Shown in pieces: positions 38,117 to 48,794 of a stretch of DNA of 64,000 bases. The position numbers and the translations under genes were made by a program. Under the pieces are notes generated by a model that saw only the letters and a list, made by a program, of their open reading frames with translations, did no database searches and was not told where the DNA came from. Position 1 is the stretch's first letter. The number at the start of each line of letters is the position of its first letter. This DNA comes from Pseudothermotoga sp. (lineage in GTDB: Bacteria; Thermotogota; Thermotogae; Thermotogales; DSM-5069). The DNA lies in assembly GCA_031962025.1 (NCBI GenBank), contig JAVRKW010000002.1, one strand, 5' to 3'.

Positions 38117-38598
38117 AAATGAGCCAGAAATTGACTCATATAGACGAAGATGGAAATCTTCACATGGTCGATATAACCGGCAAAAACGACACAGAAAGAA
38201 CCGCTGTAGCACACGGTCTGATAAAAATGGATGGTAAAACTCTAAAAGCCATAAGCTCTGGAAACGTGAAAAAAGGCGATGTTCTTACTGCGGCAAAGAT
38301 CGCAGGCATAATGGCTGCTAAAAAAACATCCGAGCTGATTCCCCTTTGCCACAATATAAACTTAACCAGTGTAGATATGCAATTCAAAGTAAACCATCAA
38401 AAGTCTCTAATAGAGATAGTTTCAACTGTCAAGTGCGTTGGAAAAACCGGTGCAGAGATGGAAGCGCTCACCGCTGTGATTGTTGCGGCATTGACGATAT
38501 ACGATATGTGTAAAGCCATGGACAGAAGTATGGTCATAGAACAAATATACCTTGTAGAAAAATCAGGAGGTAAATCCGGTGTCTGGAAAAGAGAATAG
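38113..38598 (+). CDS. moaC: Cyclic pyranopterin monophosphate synthase
   Basis: [33 protein letters not shown]. Confidence 0.95.
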   Translation: MKMSQKLTHIDEDGNLHMVDITGKNDTERTAVAHGLIKMDGKTLKAISSGNVKKGDVLTAAKIAGIMAAKKTSELIPLCHNINLTSVDMQFKVNHQKSLIEIVSTVKCVGKTGAEMEALTAVIVAALTIYDMCKAMDRSMVIEQIYLVEKSGGKSGVWKRE

Positions 38599-39037
38599 AT
38601 TAGAAGCAAAAGTTGTTTCGGTGAATATTTCAGAAACAAAAGGCGTGAAAAAAACACCTGTAAAAGAAATCGAGTTGATCGAAAATTACGGTGTTAAAAA
38701 AGATGCCCATGCCGGAAACTGGTACAGACAGGTGTCGATGCTTTCCACGATCAGTATAGAGAAAGCAAGAAAATGGGGTATAGATGCTGGTTTTGGAGAT
38801 TTTGCAGAAAACATCACAGTAGAAGGCATAGAGTTGTGGAAACTTCCTGTTGGTACCAGAGTATTTGGAAAAGACGTAGAGCTTGTGGTGACCCAGATAG
38901 GTAAAGAGTGCCACGACGGTTGTGCCATAGCAAAGGCAACAGGAAAATGCGTTATGCCAAAAGAAGGCATATTTTTGAAAGTCATAAAAGGGGGAAAAAT
39001 AAAAGCCGGTGACACTCTTATCTTTGTCATTCCATAG
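38579..39037 (+). CDS. MOSC domain protein
   Basis: [33 protein letters not shown]. Confidence 0.85.
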   Translation: MSGKENRLEAKVVSVNISETKGVKKTPVKEIELIENYGVKKDAHAGNWYRQVSMLSTISIEKARKWGIDAGFGDFAENITVEGIELWKLPVGTRVFGKDVELVVTQIGKECHDGCAIAKATGKCVMPKEGIFLKVIKGGKIKAGDTLIFVIP

Positions 39038-39051
39038 GAAGTGATCTGATC

Positions 39052-39957
39052 TTGAAAACTACCTCAAAAAAATACAGATTGTTTTTCAAATACATATTGA
39101 TATCTTTTGCCTTTTTTCTTGTGTTTTTCAATCTCAACCTGTTCTTTTTGATCGTTTTTATAACAAACATACCCCTGATCAGAAAATCGATCTTTGGAAA
39201 GTTAGCGCTCGATACAAAAAAACCCCCCTGGTCCAAGGTTGAAACATACCAGTACACACCAAAAAGATTTCTCGACGTATTCTACCCGAAAGGTGAAAAA
39301 ATAAAGGGTGTAGTGGTCTTTGCCCACGGCGGTGGATGGATCAGTGGTTATAGAAGACAGCCCAATAACATGTCTTGGTACAGATTTCTGGTATCGCAGG
39401 GTTTCATAGTAGCAGCAATAGGATACAGTAGAGGCTATATTCAGCAGATAGAAAAATTAGTCGAAGAGCTGACCGACGCGATATTGTTTTTGAAAAAAAA
39501 GATTCATGGTCCCGAATTTTGTCTGATGGGTTTATCTGCAGGTGGACACCTTGCGCTTTTGACTGGTTTGAGACATTTCAATCTTGTTGATAAAATAGTA
39601 GCATACTACACACCGTGCGATCTTGCGGATATCTGGGAATCTGAATCAATCTTCGCACGTTTTTCTTTAATGGCAACGATCAAAAGATTGCCAAGTAGAT
39701 CCAAAGAAATCTATGAAAAATATTCTCCGGTGAATTATGTAACATCAACATGTCCCAAAATCCTTTTAGTTCACGGAATGAAAGACTCGGTGGTTCCATA
39801 CACCAGTTCTGTGAAAATGTTCAAAAAACTCAGAGAAAACGGATGCACAGCAAAATTACTGCTGCATCCCAAGGCTGATCATGGTTTTGAATTCGTGCTG
39901 AAAGACCACAGAACAATAGAAATACTGAAAAAAACCATTGAATTTTTGATGATCTGA
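39052..39957 (+). CDS. Alpha/beta hydrolase (esterase/lipase), N-terminally membrane anchored
   Basis: HGGGW, GLSAGGHL nucleophile elbow, HGMKDSVVP, HGF. Confidence 0.88.
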   Translation: MKTTSKKYRLFFKYILISFAFFLVFFNLNLFFLIVFITNIPLIRKSIFGKLALDTKKPPWSKVETYQYTPKRFLDVFYPKGEKIKGVVVFAHGGGWISGYRRQPNNMSWYRFLVSQGFIVAAIGYSRGYIQQIEKLVEELTDAILFLKKKIHGPEFCLMGLSAGGHLALLTGLRHFNLVDKIVAYYTPCDLADIWESESIFARFSLMATIKRLPSRSKEIYEKYSPVNYVTSTCPKILLVHGMKDSVVPYTSSVKMFKKLRENGCTAKLLLHPKADHGFEFVLKDHRTIEILKKTIEFLMI

Positions 39958-39961
39958 GCCT

Positions 39962-40807
39962 TCAAGACTTTTGGTCGCTGTTGAGCAGTTTTATCTTGTG
40001 TTTTACCATCTCGGTTACAGCAACAGATGCTTGCTGAAGTAACTTGATCTGGTCTTTGAGCTGCGGTTGTTCCTGCAGTATCTTTCGAATCTCATCAACA
40101 TAAACTGTTTTCAATACAGTGCCGATATTTATCTTTCCAAATCTCATCCTGCTGATTCTTGTGAGATCTTCATCGGGTACACCGCTTGATCCATGCAGAA
40201 CCAAAGGTACATCTACAACCTTCTGTATCTGCTCGACCCGCTCAAAGTTTATCTGTGCCTCCTGTTTTTGCATCGCGTGAGCGGTACCCACAGCTACTGC
40301 GAGTGCATCAACCTGTGTCTGTTCAAAGAAAGCTCTGGCAATCTCTGGTTCTGTTAAAATCTGGTCAAGCTGTTCGCCTTCTTCTGATTTTCCGACTCTG
40401 CCTATTTCTGCTTCGACCGATACACCAAAAGACCTTGCAACCTTCACAACAAATTTCGTGTTCTGAACATTTTCCTCAAAGCTCAAAATCGATCCATCAT
40501 ACATGACAGAAGTAAAGCCGGCTTTCATTGCTTTAAAAATGATGTCCAGATCTGTTGCGTGATCCAAGTGCGATACAACAGGTATCTTTGCGTTTTCGGC
40601 AAGTTCATTCATAATACAAGCCGCAACTTTCACACCTAAGTGTTTGATTGCACTGGGTGAAGCCATCAGTATAACGGGCGATCTCATTTGCTCAGCACCT
40701 TTGACAATTGCTACCGCATCCTCGTATGTGTGAATGTTAAAGGCTGGCACTGCATAATCTGATTTGTAAGCTTTTTGGACAAGTTCCTTCAATGTAACCA
40801 GTGGCAT
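39962..40807 (-). CDS. Class II ketose-bisphosphate aldolase (fructose/tagatose-type)
   Basis: VPAFN, HLDH, SVMYDGS, VEAEIG, AVAVGTAH, LVLHGSSG, KINIGT. Confidence 0.9.
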   Translation of the reverse strand: MPLVTLKELVQKAYKSDYAVPAFNIHTYEDAVAIVKGAEQMRSPVILMASPSAIKHLGVKVAACIMNELAENAKIPVVSHLDHATDLDIIFKAMKAGFTSVMYDGSILSFEENVQNTKFVVKVARSFGVSVEAEIGRVGKSEEGEQLDQILTEPEIARAFFEQTQVDALAVAVGTAHAMQKQEAQINFERVEQIQKVVDVPLVLHGSSGVPDEDLTRISRMRFGKINIGTVLKTVYVDEIRKILQEQPQLKDQIKLLQQASVAVTEMVKHKIKLLNSDQKS

Positions 40808-40819
40808 CTGAAATCCTCC

Positions 40820-42244
40820 TCATCTCAAGAGTCTGCTGTAACCTTCCTTCATTTTTTCATAGAGTTGATCCATTTGCTTACACATCTCAGGATCAGGAGT
40901 TACTCTCTGAAAAACCACGTTTTTCTTCAAAGAATCGAGTACTTGTTCATCCTGTGAACCCTTAATCGCCGATATTGCCGCTCCAAGCGCGGTTAGCTCA
41001 GTTGTATTCAGATAGTAAAGATCTCTGCACAGCATAGAGGCTTTATATTTCATGAAAAGATCGTTGCTGATCAAGGCTCCACCGACGATTACGGGAAGCT
41101 CTCCAACATACCTGTTGAGATTTTCTATGGTTATTCTGCTGGTGTAACATAGATACTGATAAACAGCCTGAAGGATCTCTTCTTGTGTACAATCAACGGG
41201 AATCTCAGCGAAATTGATACCCTGGCAACTTTCGCCAACTATATTGTCACCGTTGCTGTAAATGTAGAAATTCGTTTTCTGAGGCATTGTTTTGATTTTT
41301 TCGTTTATGACCCTGAATCTCTTAGACGAAACTGTCATACCAAAGGTTCTCAGGACCAACTCGATCAACTTCCCATGGTATCTGACACCGGAGGCAAGAT
41401 AATACTGACCATCTTTGAAACCTATCCCGACAAGACCACCGTTTTTCATGAAAGGTTCTTTCATGTGCATATTTTCGTCTTTTTCATGGGATATGGCTGT
41501 TATCAGAGAAGCTGTTCCCATTGAATCATATATCAGCTCACTTCCATACAATGAAACCAAACCAAAGGTTCCTGTCAGATGATCGTGACCAGCTAAGAAT
41601 ACAGGTACCTTGCCATAATAACCAACAAAACTGCCCGTGTAATCCAATCTCCCCAACTGGTCTTCCAGTATTTCAAAATGACTGATTAAATTTCTGTTCC
41701 AGCATCTTTTGTGTACATCAACCATATGACTTCGACAGGCTTGAGTCATATCCCAAACGGCATTTGCTGTTAATCTGTACAGGATATAAGAACACACTGG
41801 AAGCCATTTTTCCACCTGATCTGGCTTGACAATGCCATTTTCGTACATGTAGAGTATTTTGTACAGCGAAAAATAATATATGTCCCTTGAGCCAGAAATT
41901 TCATAAGGTGCAAGCTCAGCAACGAGTTTTTCGTATTTTTGCTGAATTGTTTTTGTACATGTATCGTACCAGACTATTGGATCATGCAACTTTTTACCTT
42001 TCGAAACTGGTACGACCGATTCCCCAAAACTCGTGCAGCTCAAGCCGGCTATGCTGTACTCCTCTTGCAACTGAGAAATAGCCTTCTTAAGACTGTATTC
42101 AAGCTTATCAAGGTCAAAGTATTCAACATCATTCAACGTTTTCTTTGGTGTTTTAACCTTTATGATTTTCTCTATGCCGTTTTCACCAACCGCTATGATC
42201 TTCGTATTCGTCGTCCCAAGATCTATACCGATATATACTCTCAT
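40820..42244 (-). CDS. FGGY family carbohydrate kinase
   Basis: IGIDLGTTNTK, SFGES, IVWYD, AGHDH, DSMGTA; start corrected to ATG 42244. Confidence 0.88.
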   Translation of the reverse strand: MRVYIGIDLGTTNTKIIAVGENGIEKIIKVKTPKKTLNDVEYFDLDKLEYSLKKAISQLQEEYSIAGLSCTSFGESVVPVSKGKKLHDPIVWYDTCTKTIQQKYEKLVAELAPYEISGSRDIYYFSLYKILYMYENGIVKPDQVEKWLPVCSYILYRLTANAVWDMTQACRSHMVDVHKRCWNRNLISHFEILEDQLGRLDYTGSFVGYYGKVPVFLAGHDHLTGTFGLVSLYGSELIYDSMGTASLITAISHEKDENMHMKEPFMKNGGLVGIGFKDGQYYLASGVRYHGKLIELVLRTFGMTVSSKRFRVINEKIKTMPQKTNFYIYSNGDNIVGESCQGINFAEIPVDCTQEEILQAVYQYLCYTSRITIENLNRYVGELPVIVGGALISNDLFMKYKASMLCRDLYYLNTTELTALGAAISAIKGSQDEQVLDSLKKNVVFQRVTPDPEMCKQMDQLYEKMKEGYSRLLR

Positions 42245-43185
42245 AACTTTTCCTCCACAATATCCACATTTGAAAGCTGACTTTCCAGATCTTTCAAATC
42301 GAAAATCGCAGCACCGTACTTGAGGGTATTTGCCGTGCCACAAGCCGTTGCGAAGGCAAGTTTTTGTTGAATAGGTTTGTTCAAAGACTCAAAGTAGAGA
42401 TAACCTGCGAAAAATGAATCTCCTGAGCCTACTGAATAATCTGAATGGACAGTTCTGGGTCTTGCGCGAATGATTCTATCATCCGCGAGTGTCACAGATC
42501 CATCTTTGCCGTATGTTACACACAGTACTTTTATTCTGTAATTGTTCTTGATATGCCACAGCTCTTTAATATTCAGCTCCTGAAGGTCCAAGGCAATTTT
42601 CAACTCATCGGCATTTACCTTTACCATATCAGGCTCAAAATTCAAAAGCTCTTTCAGCCAATCTCCAGATATATCTATCATCAACCTACAGGAATTTTCC
42701 CTGGCAAGTTGTGCTATTTTCGACATATCTTTACTTCCAAAACCCCTTGGTGCACTTCCAGAGATCACCAGTGTGCTGTTTTTCTTTAAAACAGATGAGA
42801 AAAACTCAAAAAATTTTTCTACTTCGTCTTTTTGCATGACTGGACCAGGTTCGTTGATCATGAGCATCCTCTTTTCATACTCATAAACAACAGCTGTATT
42901 TATTCTGTTTTCATCTTTAATCCAGAATTCCAGAGTCTTAATACCATCTTCTTCACATTTTGCGTGGATGATCTTTCCCACATCACCCCCAAGAATATTT
43001 ATGCAAATATAATCCTCAAAACCAAGTGTGTTAAAAACTCTTGCTATATTCAACCCTTTTCCGTCTACGAGTTTTACGACACGCTCTCCTCTCAACACAT
43101 TTGGAGTTCTCGGTGGTTTTGAAATAATCACCCAGTGATCATAACATGGATTCAGGTTCAGTATTTGAATGCTCAAGGTTAACAC
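42241..43185 (-). CDS. PfkB family 1-phosphofructokinase/tagatose-6-P kinase-like
   Basis: LNPCYD, GKGLNIAR, INEPGP, ISGSAP, KVNADEL, VGSGDSFFAG. Confidence 0.88.
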   Translation of the reverse strand: MLTLSIQILNLNPCYDHWVIISKPPRTPNVLRGERVVKLVDGKGLNIARVFNTLGFEDYICINILGGDVGKIIHAKCEEDGIKTLEFWIKDENRINTAVVYEYEKRMLMINEPGPVMQKDEVEKFFEFFSSVLKKNSTLVISGSAPRGFGSKDMSKIAQLARENSCRLMIDISGDWLKELLNFEPDMVKVNADELKIALDLQELNIKELWHIKNNYRIKVLCVTYGKDGSVTLADDRIIRARPRTVHSDYSVGSGDSFFAGYLYFESLNKPIQQKLAFATACGTANTLKYGAAIFDLKDLESQLSNVDIVEEKL

Positions 43186-44153
43186 TACCTCCAGTTCTTT
43201 TCGGATACGTATTCGATGATATTTCTCGCGGTATTTGTATCCGTTATCAACAAATCTACTAGATTCCCTCTCAACAGACCGACGATGCTTTCTATCTTGT
43301 GAAAACCTCCGGCAACGACTATTCTGTGTTTGGCTTTCAGATACTGTTCCATCGTTATGTTGTTGACCTTTTTCATGAAATCAAGGTCATGTATCCTACC
43401 ATTGATATCAAAATAATGTGTTAAGATATCACCAACTATGCCGAGCTTTTCAAGTCTGTCGAGAACTGAACCATCGAAGACATTTTGGCGGAACAAAGGT
43501 GAACGAGAAATGGAATATCCAACACTGCAGATCACAATGTCCAGATTATCCCAGATCGAGTTTATATATCTGAATTCTTCGGTCTTCTGTAGTTGCCCTC
43601 TTTGTTCCTGATTATCCATCAAAAATGGAAAATAGACCGGAATCATTCTCGCGCCCAATCTATCTGCAAAGTTCTGGGCTATGAAATTGGAATCGAAATG
43701 CTTGTCTGACAACTTGAAAGTTCCACCAGAGAGAGGTAATACATTCCACTTCGGTTTTTCAGTTCTAAAATCAGATGTTGCCAGTGTGAACATCGTTGTA
43801 CCCCAGCCTATGCCGATGTTCATTGAATCGTTTGGCAGATCAGATAAGTACTCCCAGGCTTTTCTTGCGAGTGATTGTAAAAGCAGTTGATTGTTCGTGT
43901 GCCCTGTTGCAAGCAAAAGCTTTTTCAAACCAAATTTCTGCTTGAACAACAAATCATACTCTGATTCCAGTTTCTGTGGAACCTTTGGTGGTACCACTTC
44001 AATGCGTACGATCTTTCTCTCAACAGCCATCTTAAGGTATTTACTCACCTGAACTCTGGATACACCGAGCTTTTTTGCTATATCCTTTTGCAACACATTT
44101 TTGATGTAATAATCGTATGCCACCTCAAACAACAAATCATCGCTGATTGTCAT
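43185..44153 (-). CDS. SorC/DeoR family sugar-binding regulator
   Basis: YYIKNVLQKDIAKKLGVSRVQVSKYL, IGIGWGTT, LITD. Confidence 0.9.
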   Translation of the reverse strand: MTISDDLLFEVAYDYYIKNVLQKDIAKKLGVSRVQVSKYLKMAVERKIVRIEVVPPKVPQKLESEYDLLFKQKFGLKKLLLATGHTNNQLLLQSLARKAWEYLSDLPNDSMNIGIGWGTTMFTLATSDFRTEKPKWNVLPLSGGTFKLSDKHFDSNFIAQNFADRLGARMIPVYFPFLMDNQEQRGQLQKTEEFRYINSIWDNLDIVICSVGYSISRSPLFRQNVFDGSVLDRLEKLGIVGDILTHYFDINGRIHDLDFMKKVNNITMEQYLKAKHRIVVAGGFHKIESIVGLLRGNLVDLLITDTNTARNIIEYVSEKNWR

Positions 44154-44989
44154 TCCTTCACCGCCCCGCTCACCAGACCAGAGATGAAATATCTCTGAAG
44201 CAATATGAACACGACTAATGGAGGTAATGTGGCAAAAACAGAACCTGCAAACAATGGACCCCAGCGAGTTTGATACTGCCCAACGAAGACGGAGAGAAAA
44301 GTCGGTATTGTTTGAAGACTCTTGCTCGTCAACAGCGACATTGAATAGAGTAACTCACTCCATGCAAACAAAAACGCATAGACACCCACTGCGGCTATGC
44401 CAGGCAATGTTACGGGGAAAATCACCTTAAAAAATGCCTTTGTTCTGGTACAGCCATCTATCAATGCCGCCTCTTCAAGTGACTTAGGCACGGATAAGAA
44501 AAAACTCCTCAAAAAAACAATTGTTATAGGTGTCGTGAATGGAATATAAGCTAAAATAAGGCCAATATGTGTATCGAGCAGCTTTATCCAGTCAAGAAAC
44601 CTGAATATAGGTACTAAGAAAACAACCATGGGAAACATCTGAAAGATCAAAACACTGACCATCAGTTCACTTTTCCACCTGAACGAGTACCGTGAAAAAG
44701 CATAGGCAGGGAATATACCTATCAAAAGTGAAAAAACCATCGTTCCAACACCAACTACTACACTGTTTAGAAAGTAGTTTTTAAAATCCAGACTCGATAT
44801 CTTTTGATAATGTTCAAGTGTCCAGCTCTTTGGCAGGTATATTATAGGATAACTGTATATTTCTTGATAAGTCTTGAAAGAGGTCAAAACGAGCCATATG
44901 AAAGGAAATGCTATGACAAGCGATATGAAAGTCAAAAGGATATATGACACAAATTTCATCGTTTTTTTCTTAGTGCTCCTTTTCATCAC
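44150..44989 (-). CDS. Carbohydrate ABC transporter permease
   Basis: EEAALIDGC EAA motif; QRYFISGL. Confidence 0.9.
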   Translation of the reverse strand: MMKRSTKKKTMKFVSYILLTFISLVIAFPFIWLVLTSFKTYQEIYSYPIIYLPKSWTLEHYQKISSLDFKNYFLNSVVVGVGTMVFSLLIGIFPAYAFSRYSFRWKSELMVSVLIFQMFPMVVFLVPIFRFLDWIKLLDTHIGLILAYIPFTTPITIVFLRSFFLSVPKSLEEAALIDGCTRTKAFFKVIFPVTLPGIAAVGVYAFLFAWSELLYSMSLLTSKSLQTIPTFLSVFVGQYQTRWGPLFAGSVFATLPPLVVFILLQRYFISGLVSGAVKE

Positions 44990-45849
44990 GCCGCCACTTC
45001 CTTTGACATTCTTCGAGTGAAAAGGTATGCTATCGTGAAAACAATCAAGAACAATATATTTGAAAGCGCGGCGGCTTTGTTGTACTCCAGGAATCTAAGG
45101 CTTAACCTGTAGATGTAGGTCACTATGGTTTCAGTTCCATAGTTTGGTCCACCGGCAGTCATCACATAAATGAGGGGAAAATAGTTTATAGTCCAGATGA
45201 TCGTGAACATAAGGGTCGTAACCAAAACGGGTTTCAATTGAGGTATAGTCACATTCCAAAAACGTCTGTAAGCATTCGCACCGTCTATTTCAGCAGCTTC
45301 ATAAAGCTCCTGAGGAATTGTCTGAATGCCAGCTATGAAAAACATTCCAGACAGGCAAAAACCCTTCCAGATATTTGCAATGATCACAGCAATCATCGCC
45401 ATCTTTGGAGTGGCAAGCCACGGAATATAATCTTTCACAAACCCTATTTTCACAAGAATGTCGTTCAGCACACCGTACATATCGTTGTACATCCATTTCC
45501 ACATTACACCCGTAACTATGTCGAGTGTTGCCCAGGGCAATATCAGAATCACACTTCTGAAAAAAACTTGTCCACGTTTGATTTGAGTCAGCAAAAGAGC
45601 CACTGCAAGCCCAAGGGTTATCTGACCTGCAACACTCCCAAAAACCCATACACAGGTATTCAAAACAGATTTGTAGAATACACTGTCTTTGAAAATGGCT
45701 ACGTAGTTTTGAAGAGTGAACTTTCCATCATCGCTCGAAAAACTCATGACGATATTTGAGATCAACAGGAAAAAGACAAAAGCCACTATGATAAAAACAT
45801 ACGGCATTACCATTCGCAACGCTATTTTTTCTTCTTTCAAAACCTTCAC
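44986..45849 (-). CDS. Carbohydrate ABC transporter permease
   Basis: LYEAAEIDGA; MTAGGPNYGT. Confidence 0.9.
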   Translation of the reverse strand: MKVLKEEKIALRMVMPYVFIIVAFVFFLLISNIVMSFSSDDGKFTLQNYVAIFKDSVFYKSVLNTCVWVFGSVAGQITLGLAVALLLTQIKRGQVFFRSVILILPWATLDIVTGVMWKWMYNDMYGVLNDILVKIGFVKDYIPWLATPKMAMIAVIIANIWKGFCLSGMFFIAGIQTIPQELYEAAEIDGANAYRRFWNVTIPQLKPVLVTTLMFTIIWTINYFPLIYVMTAGGPNYGTETIVTYIYRLSLRFLEYNKAAALSNILFLIVFTIAYLFTRRMSKEVAA

Positions 45850-45857
45850 TCCTAACC

Positions 45858-45878
45858 ATGGGCGGGCATAGCCCGCCC
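45858..45878. other. Intergenic hairpin after the binding-protein gene
   Basis: GGGCGGGC-ATA-GCCCGCCC; typical mRNA-stabilising element in ABC operons. Confidence 0.5.
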
Positions 45879-45888
45879 TGATTATAGT

Positions 45889-47124
45889 TTACTTTGCCTG
45901 GAGTATTTTGTTGACATTCTCTGCCGCAACTTTTATTGCTTCTTCTGGTGTTAATTCATTCAACAATACTTTTTGCACCATGATCTGGATCTGTTCGGAT
46001 ATTTGAGGATATTGAGGAATGGGTGGTCTTGCAACTGCATATGGGAATGTCTTGAAAATAACCTGCCACTTTGGATCATTTGCAAGTTTTGACTTTGTGC
46101 ATACATCCATTCTTGTTGGCATGGGTCCACCCTTTTCTTCAACCCACTTCATCCACACGTCAAAGCTCGTCAGATACTCAGCGAGTTTCCAGGCATCCTC
46201 CTTGTTCGGGCTCGATTTCGGTATGACCAGAGCCCAGCCACCGAGCACACTTGCAGGCTGTGAATCATACGGATGGAGTGCAACAGAGTATTTCCCAACT
46301 ATATTTGGATTAGCGGCTTCAATCAATGGGAATGACCATGGACCTCCTATTGACATTGCAACTCTGTTCTGAGCCATCATGTTTCTGTAATCATCTTCAT
46401 GATACTGAACGGCATTTGGGCTAACACCATATTTTTTTGCCAGATCCGTGTAAAATTTCAAAGCTTTGAGCCCCTCAGGTGTGTTGAAAGCCGCTTTTGA
46501 GTAGTCATCTGTCAAAAGCTTTCCACCGGCTGCATACAGGAACATCATATAACCAAGTGTTGTGTGCTCAGTTTTTGTACCGCTTACACCGTATCCGTAA
46601 ATTCTGTTTTTCGCATCGGTAATCTTTTGAGCGGCTGCTAAGAGCTCATCCCAGGTCTTTGGCGGGTTGTTTGGATCAAGACCGGCTTGCTCAAACATTG
46701 TTTTGTTGTAGAGCAAAAGTCTGCAATCGGTGTACCATGGAAGACCATATCTGACACCTTTGTAAGTGACTGTAGGCCAGAGATTGGGCCATATTTGTGG
46801 GGTACCTTCCCAGTTTTTGATCTGTTCTTCCATTGGTTCAAGCCAGCCTTTTTCCGCGAAAGTTGGAACCCATCCACCCAAATCTGCAAAGGCAAGATCT
46901 GGTCCCTTACCTGCTTGAAGAGCTGTCACGAGTTTGTCGTAATAAGTGTCAAAACCAAAGAGCTGTACTTCGACCTTAATTCCATACTTTTGCTCAAATC
47001 CCTTAATGACTGAATTCCATGTTTCATCCAGTTCCGCAACCTGTCCACCGATCCAGATCGTTAATGTTTTTCCAAAGCTCAGTACTGTTAACAAAACCAA
47101 TACAGCCAAAACTACCTTCTTCAC
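45889..47124 (-). CDS. Sugar ABC transporter substrate-binding protein
   Basis: Signal peptide; GKGPDL, LLYNKTMFEQAG, PKTWDEL, GGWALVI. Confidence 0.9.
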   Translation of the reverse strand: MKKVVLAVLVLLTVLSFGKTLTIWIGGQVAELDETWNSVIKGFEQKYGIKVEVQLFGFDTYYDKLVTALQAGKGPDLAFADLGGWVPTFAEKGWLEPMEEQIKNWEGTPQIWPNLWPTVTYKGVRYGLPWYTDCRLLLYNKTMFEQAGLDPNNPPKTWDELLAAAQKITDAKNRIYGYGVSGTKTEHTTLGYMMFLYAAGGKLLTDDYSKAAFNTPEGLKALKFYTDLAKKYGVSPNAVQYHEDDYRNMMAQNRVAMSIGGPWSFPLIEAANPNIVGKYSVALHPYDSQPASVLGGWALVIPKSSPNKEDAWKLAEYLTSFDVWMKWVEEKGGPMPTRMDVCTKSKLANDPKWQVIFKTFPYAVARPPIPQYPQISEQIQIMVQKVLLNELTPEEAIKVAAENVNKILQAK

Positions 47125-47141
47125 AAAAATCCCTCCCTTTT

Positions 47142-47172
47142 TGGTTACATAAGTAACTTACTTATGTAACCA
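47142..47172. promoter_or_regulatory. Perfect 31-bp palindrome, candidate SorC-family operator
   Basis: TGGTTACATAAGTAA-C-TTACTTATGTAACCA upstream of the SD of the first operon gene. Confidence 0.65.
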
Positions 47173-47272
47173 GCAAAACTAATATAACACTTTCTTCAAG
47201 CAGGTTCAAGAAAAACAGGAAGGTGAAAACAAAAGAAAAAAAGAGCAACAAAAAGAATAATGCAGAAAATTT

Positions 47273-48055
47273 TCACTCACCAGTCACAGACGATGAATAA
47301 GATGGAATTTCCAGAAAAACCTTTGTCCCAATCCCCAGCACCGAATGAATTGCCCAGGAAATCGAGAGTTTTCTGAGAATGTGCTTGACAATCGCAAGTC
47401 CAAGACCTGCACCTGAATAACTCCTTGCATTACTTGCCCTGTAAAAGCGAGATGTGATGTTCTTGAGATCTTCTTGCGGTATACCAACACCATGATCCTG
47501 AATCACCAACAAGCCCTTTTGCGAAAATATTTCAATGGCACCGCCTTCTTTTGAGTATTTTATCGCGTTCGACACCAAGTTTCTGATGACTATCTTGAAA
47601 GCCTCTGGATCGGCTTCAATGGATTTATTCGTTTTTATCTCAACAGATAGACCCTTTTGCTCTATTTTTTCCTCATATTCCACCAGTATCTCACGCAGCA
47701 GTTTTTTAAGACTCAATCTCTGGTTGTGTGGAATGTACTCATGCTGTTCCAGTTTTGAGAGCAAAACCAGCTGTTCAATGATCCTCTGCATTTTTTTAAG
47801 ATGTCTTTCCATTTTCAAAAGACTTTCCTGGACATACTCACCTTCTTTTGCAATTTCCAAAAGCCCAAGCATCGCAGTGATGGGCGTGAAAAGTTCATGA
47901 GCCACCGCATTTACAAAAAAGGTTTTAGAGTCACTCAGTACCTGCTCTTTTGATGAAACATCTCCTTGATCAGGGTAGAAAAGTATTCGATCTGGTTTTA
48001 AGAGAATCAGAGGCTTACAATTGTTTATCACTTCATCCCAGTTTGTATCCAACAC
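47273..48055 (-). CDS. phoR: Sensor histidine kinase, PhoR-like, lacking transmembrane region
   Basis: VAHELFTPIT H-box, NLVSNAIKYS, DHGVGI, RFYR, GAGLGLAIV; divergent from pst. Confidence 0.75.
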   Translation of the reverse strand: MLDTNWDEVINNCKPLILLKPDRILFYPDQGDVSSKEQVLSDSKTFFVNAVAHELFTPITAMLGLLEIAKEGEYVQESLLKMERHLKKMQRIIEQLVLLSKLEQHEYIPHNQRLSLKKLLREILVEYEEKIEQKGLSVEIKTNKSIEADPEAFKIVIRNLVSNAIKYSKEGGAIEIFSQKGLLVIQDHGVGIPQEDLKNITSRFYRASNARSYSGAGLGLAIVKHILRKLSISWAIHSVLGIGTKVFLEIPSYSSSVTGE

Positions 48056-48686
48056 CGTGAACAGTCACCAACCTTTCTTTTCCCAATTTTTTTCTGAGCA
48101 TACTCATATAAACATCAACAATCCTTTCAGTTCTATCTTCTTGCTGCCAGACCGCATCGAGTATTTCACTGCGAGTAAAGACCTTTTTTGGATTTTCGAA
48201 AAGCAAAAGCAAGATCTCGAATTCCTTTGCAGACAGTTTTATTTCCTCGTCGTTTATCAGCAAAACTCTTTCATGAACCAGAAGTTTCATATCTTTGTGT
48301 GTTATTTCTCGTTCTGCAAACATGTTCTTCCTTCTAAACATTGCACGGACTCGGGCAACAAGTTCACGCGGATGGAATGGTTTGGTCACGTAATCATCTG
48401 CTCCCATCTCAAGACCAAGAATTTTGTTCTTGTCTTCTCTTATTGCCGTCAGCACTATTATGAATGTCTTTGGGCACGACACACGAATAGTTGGTATTTC
48501 TTCCATTGCATCTCCATCCGGAAGCATCAAATCGAGAATTATCAGATCGAAACATGTTTTCTCCAGTTCGTTGTACATCTGCTCGATTGAAAAGGCAGTC
48601 CTGACCTGGTGAGAATCCATCTTTAAATACCTGCAGATGACATCACTTACATCCTGCTCATCTTCCACAACCAGTATTGAAGGCAT
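48033..48686 (-). CDS. phoB: OmpR/PhoB family response regulator
   Basis: ILDLMLPDG, GADDYVTKPF, RIVDVY, TVHGVGY; pst context. Confidence 0.8.
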   Translation of the reverse strand: MPSILVVEDEQDVSDVICRYLKMDSHQVRTAFSIEQMYNELEKTCFDLIILDLMLPDGDAMEEIPTIRVSCPKTFIIVLTAIREDKNKILGLEMGADDYVTKPFHPRELVARVRAMFRRKNMFAEREITHKDMKLLVHERVLLINDEEIKLSAKEFEILLLLFENPKKVFTRSEILDAVWQQEDRTERIVDVYMSMLRKKLGKERLVTVHGVGYKLG

Positions 48687-48794
48687 AAAATCCCTCCATT
48701 TGAATCATGCCACAGCGGTATTAAAAAAATTTGATATTTTTTTATAACAGTTGAAAGTCAAAGAGGCATAAACAGATCAGAAGGAGGTGTTGGT

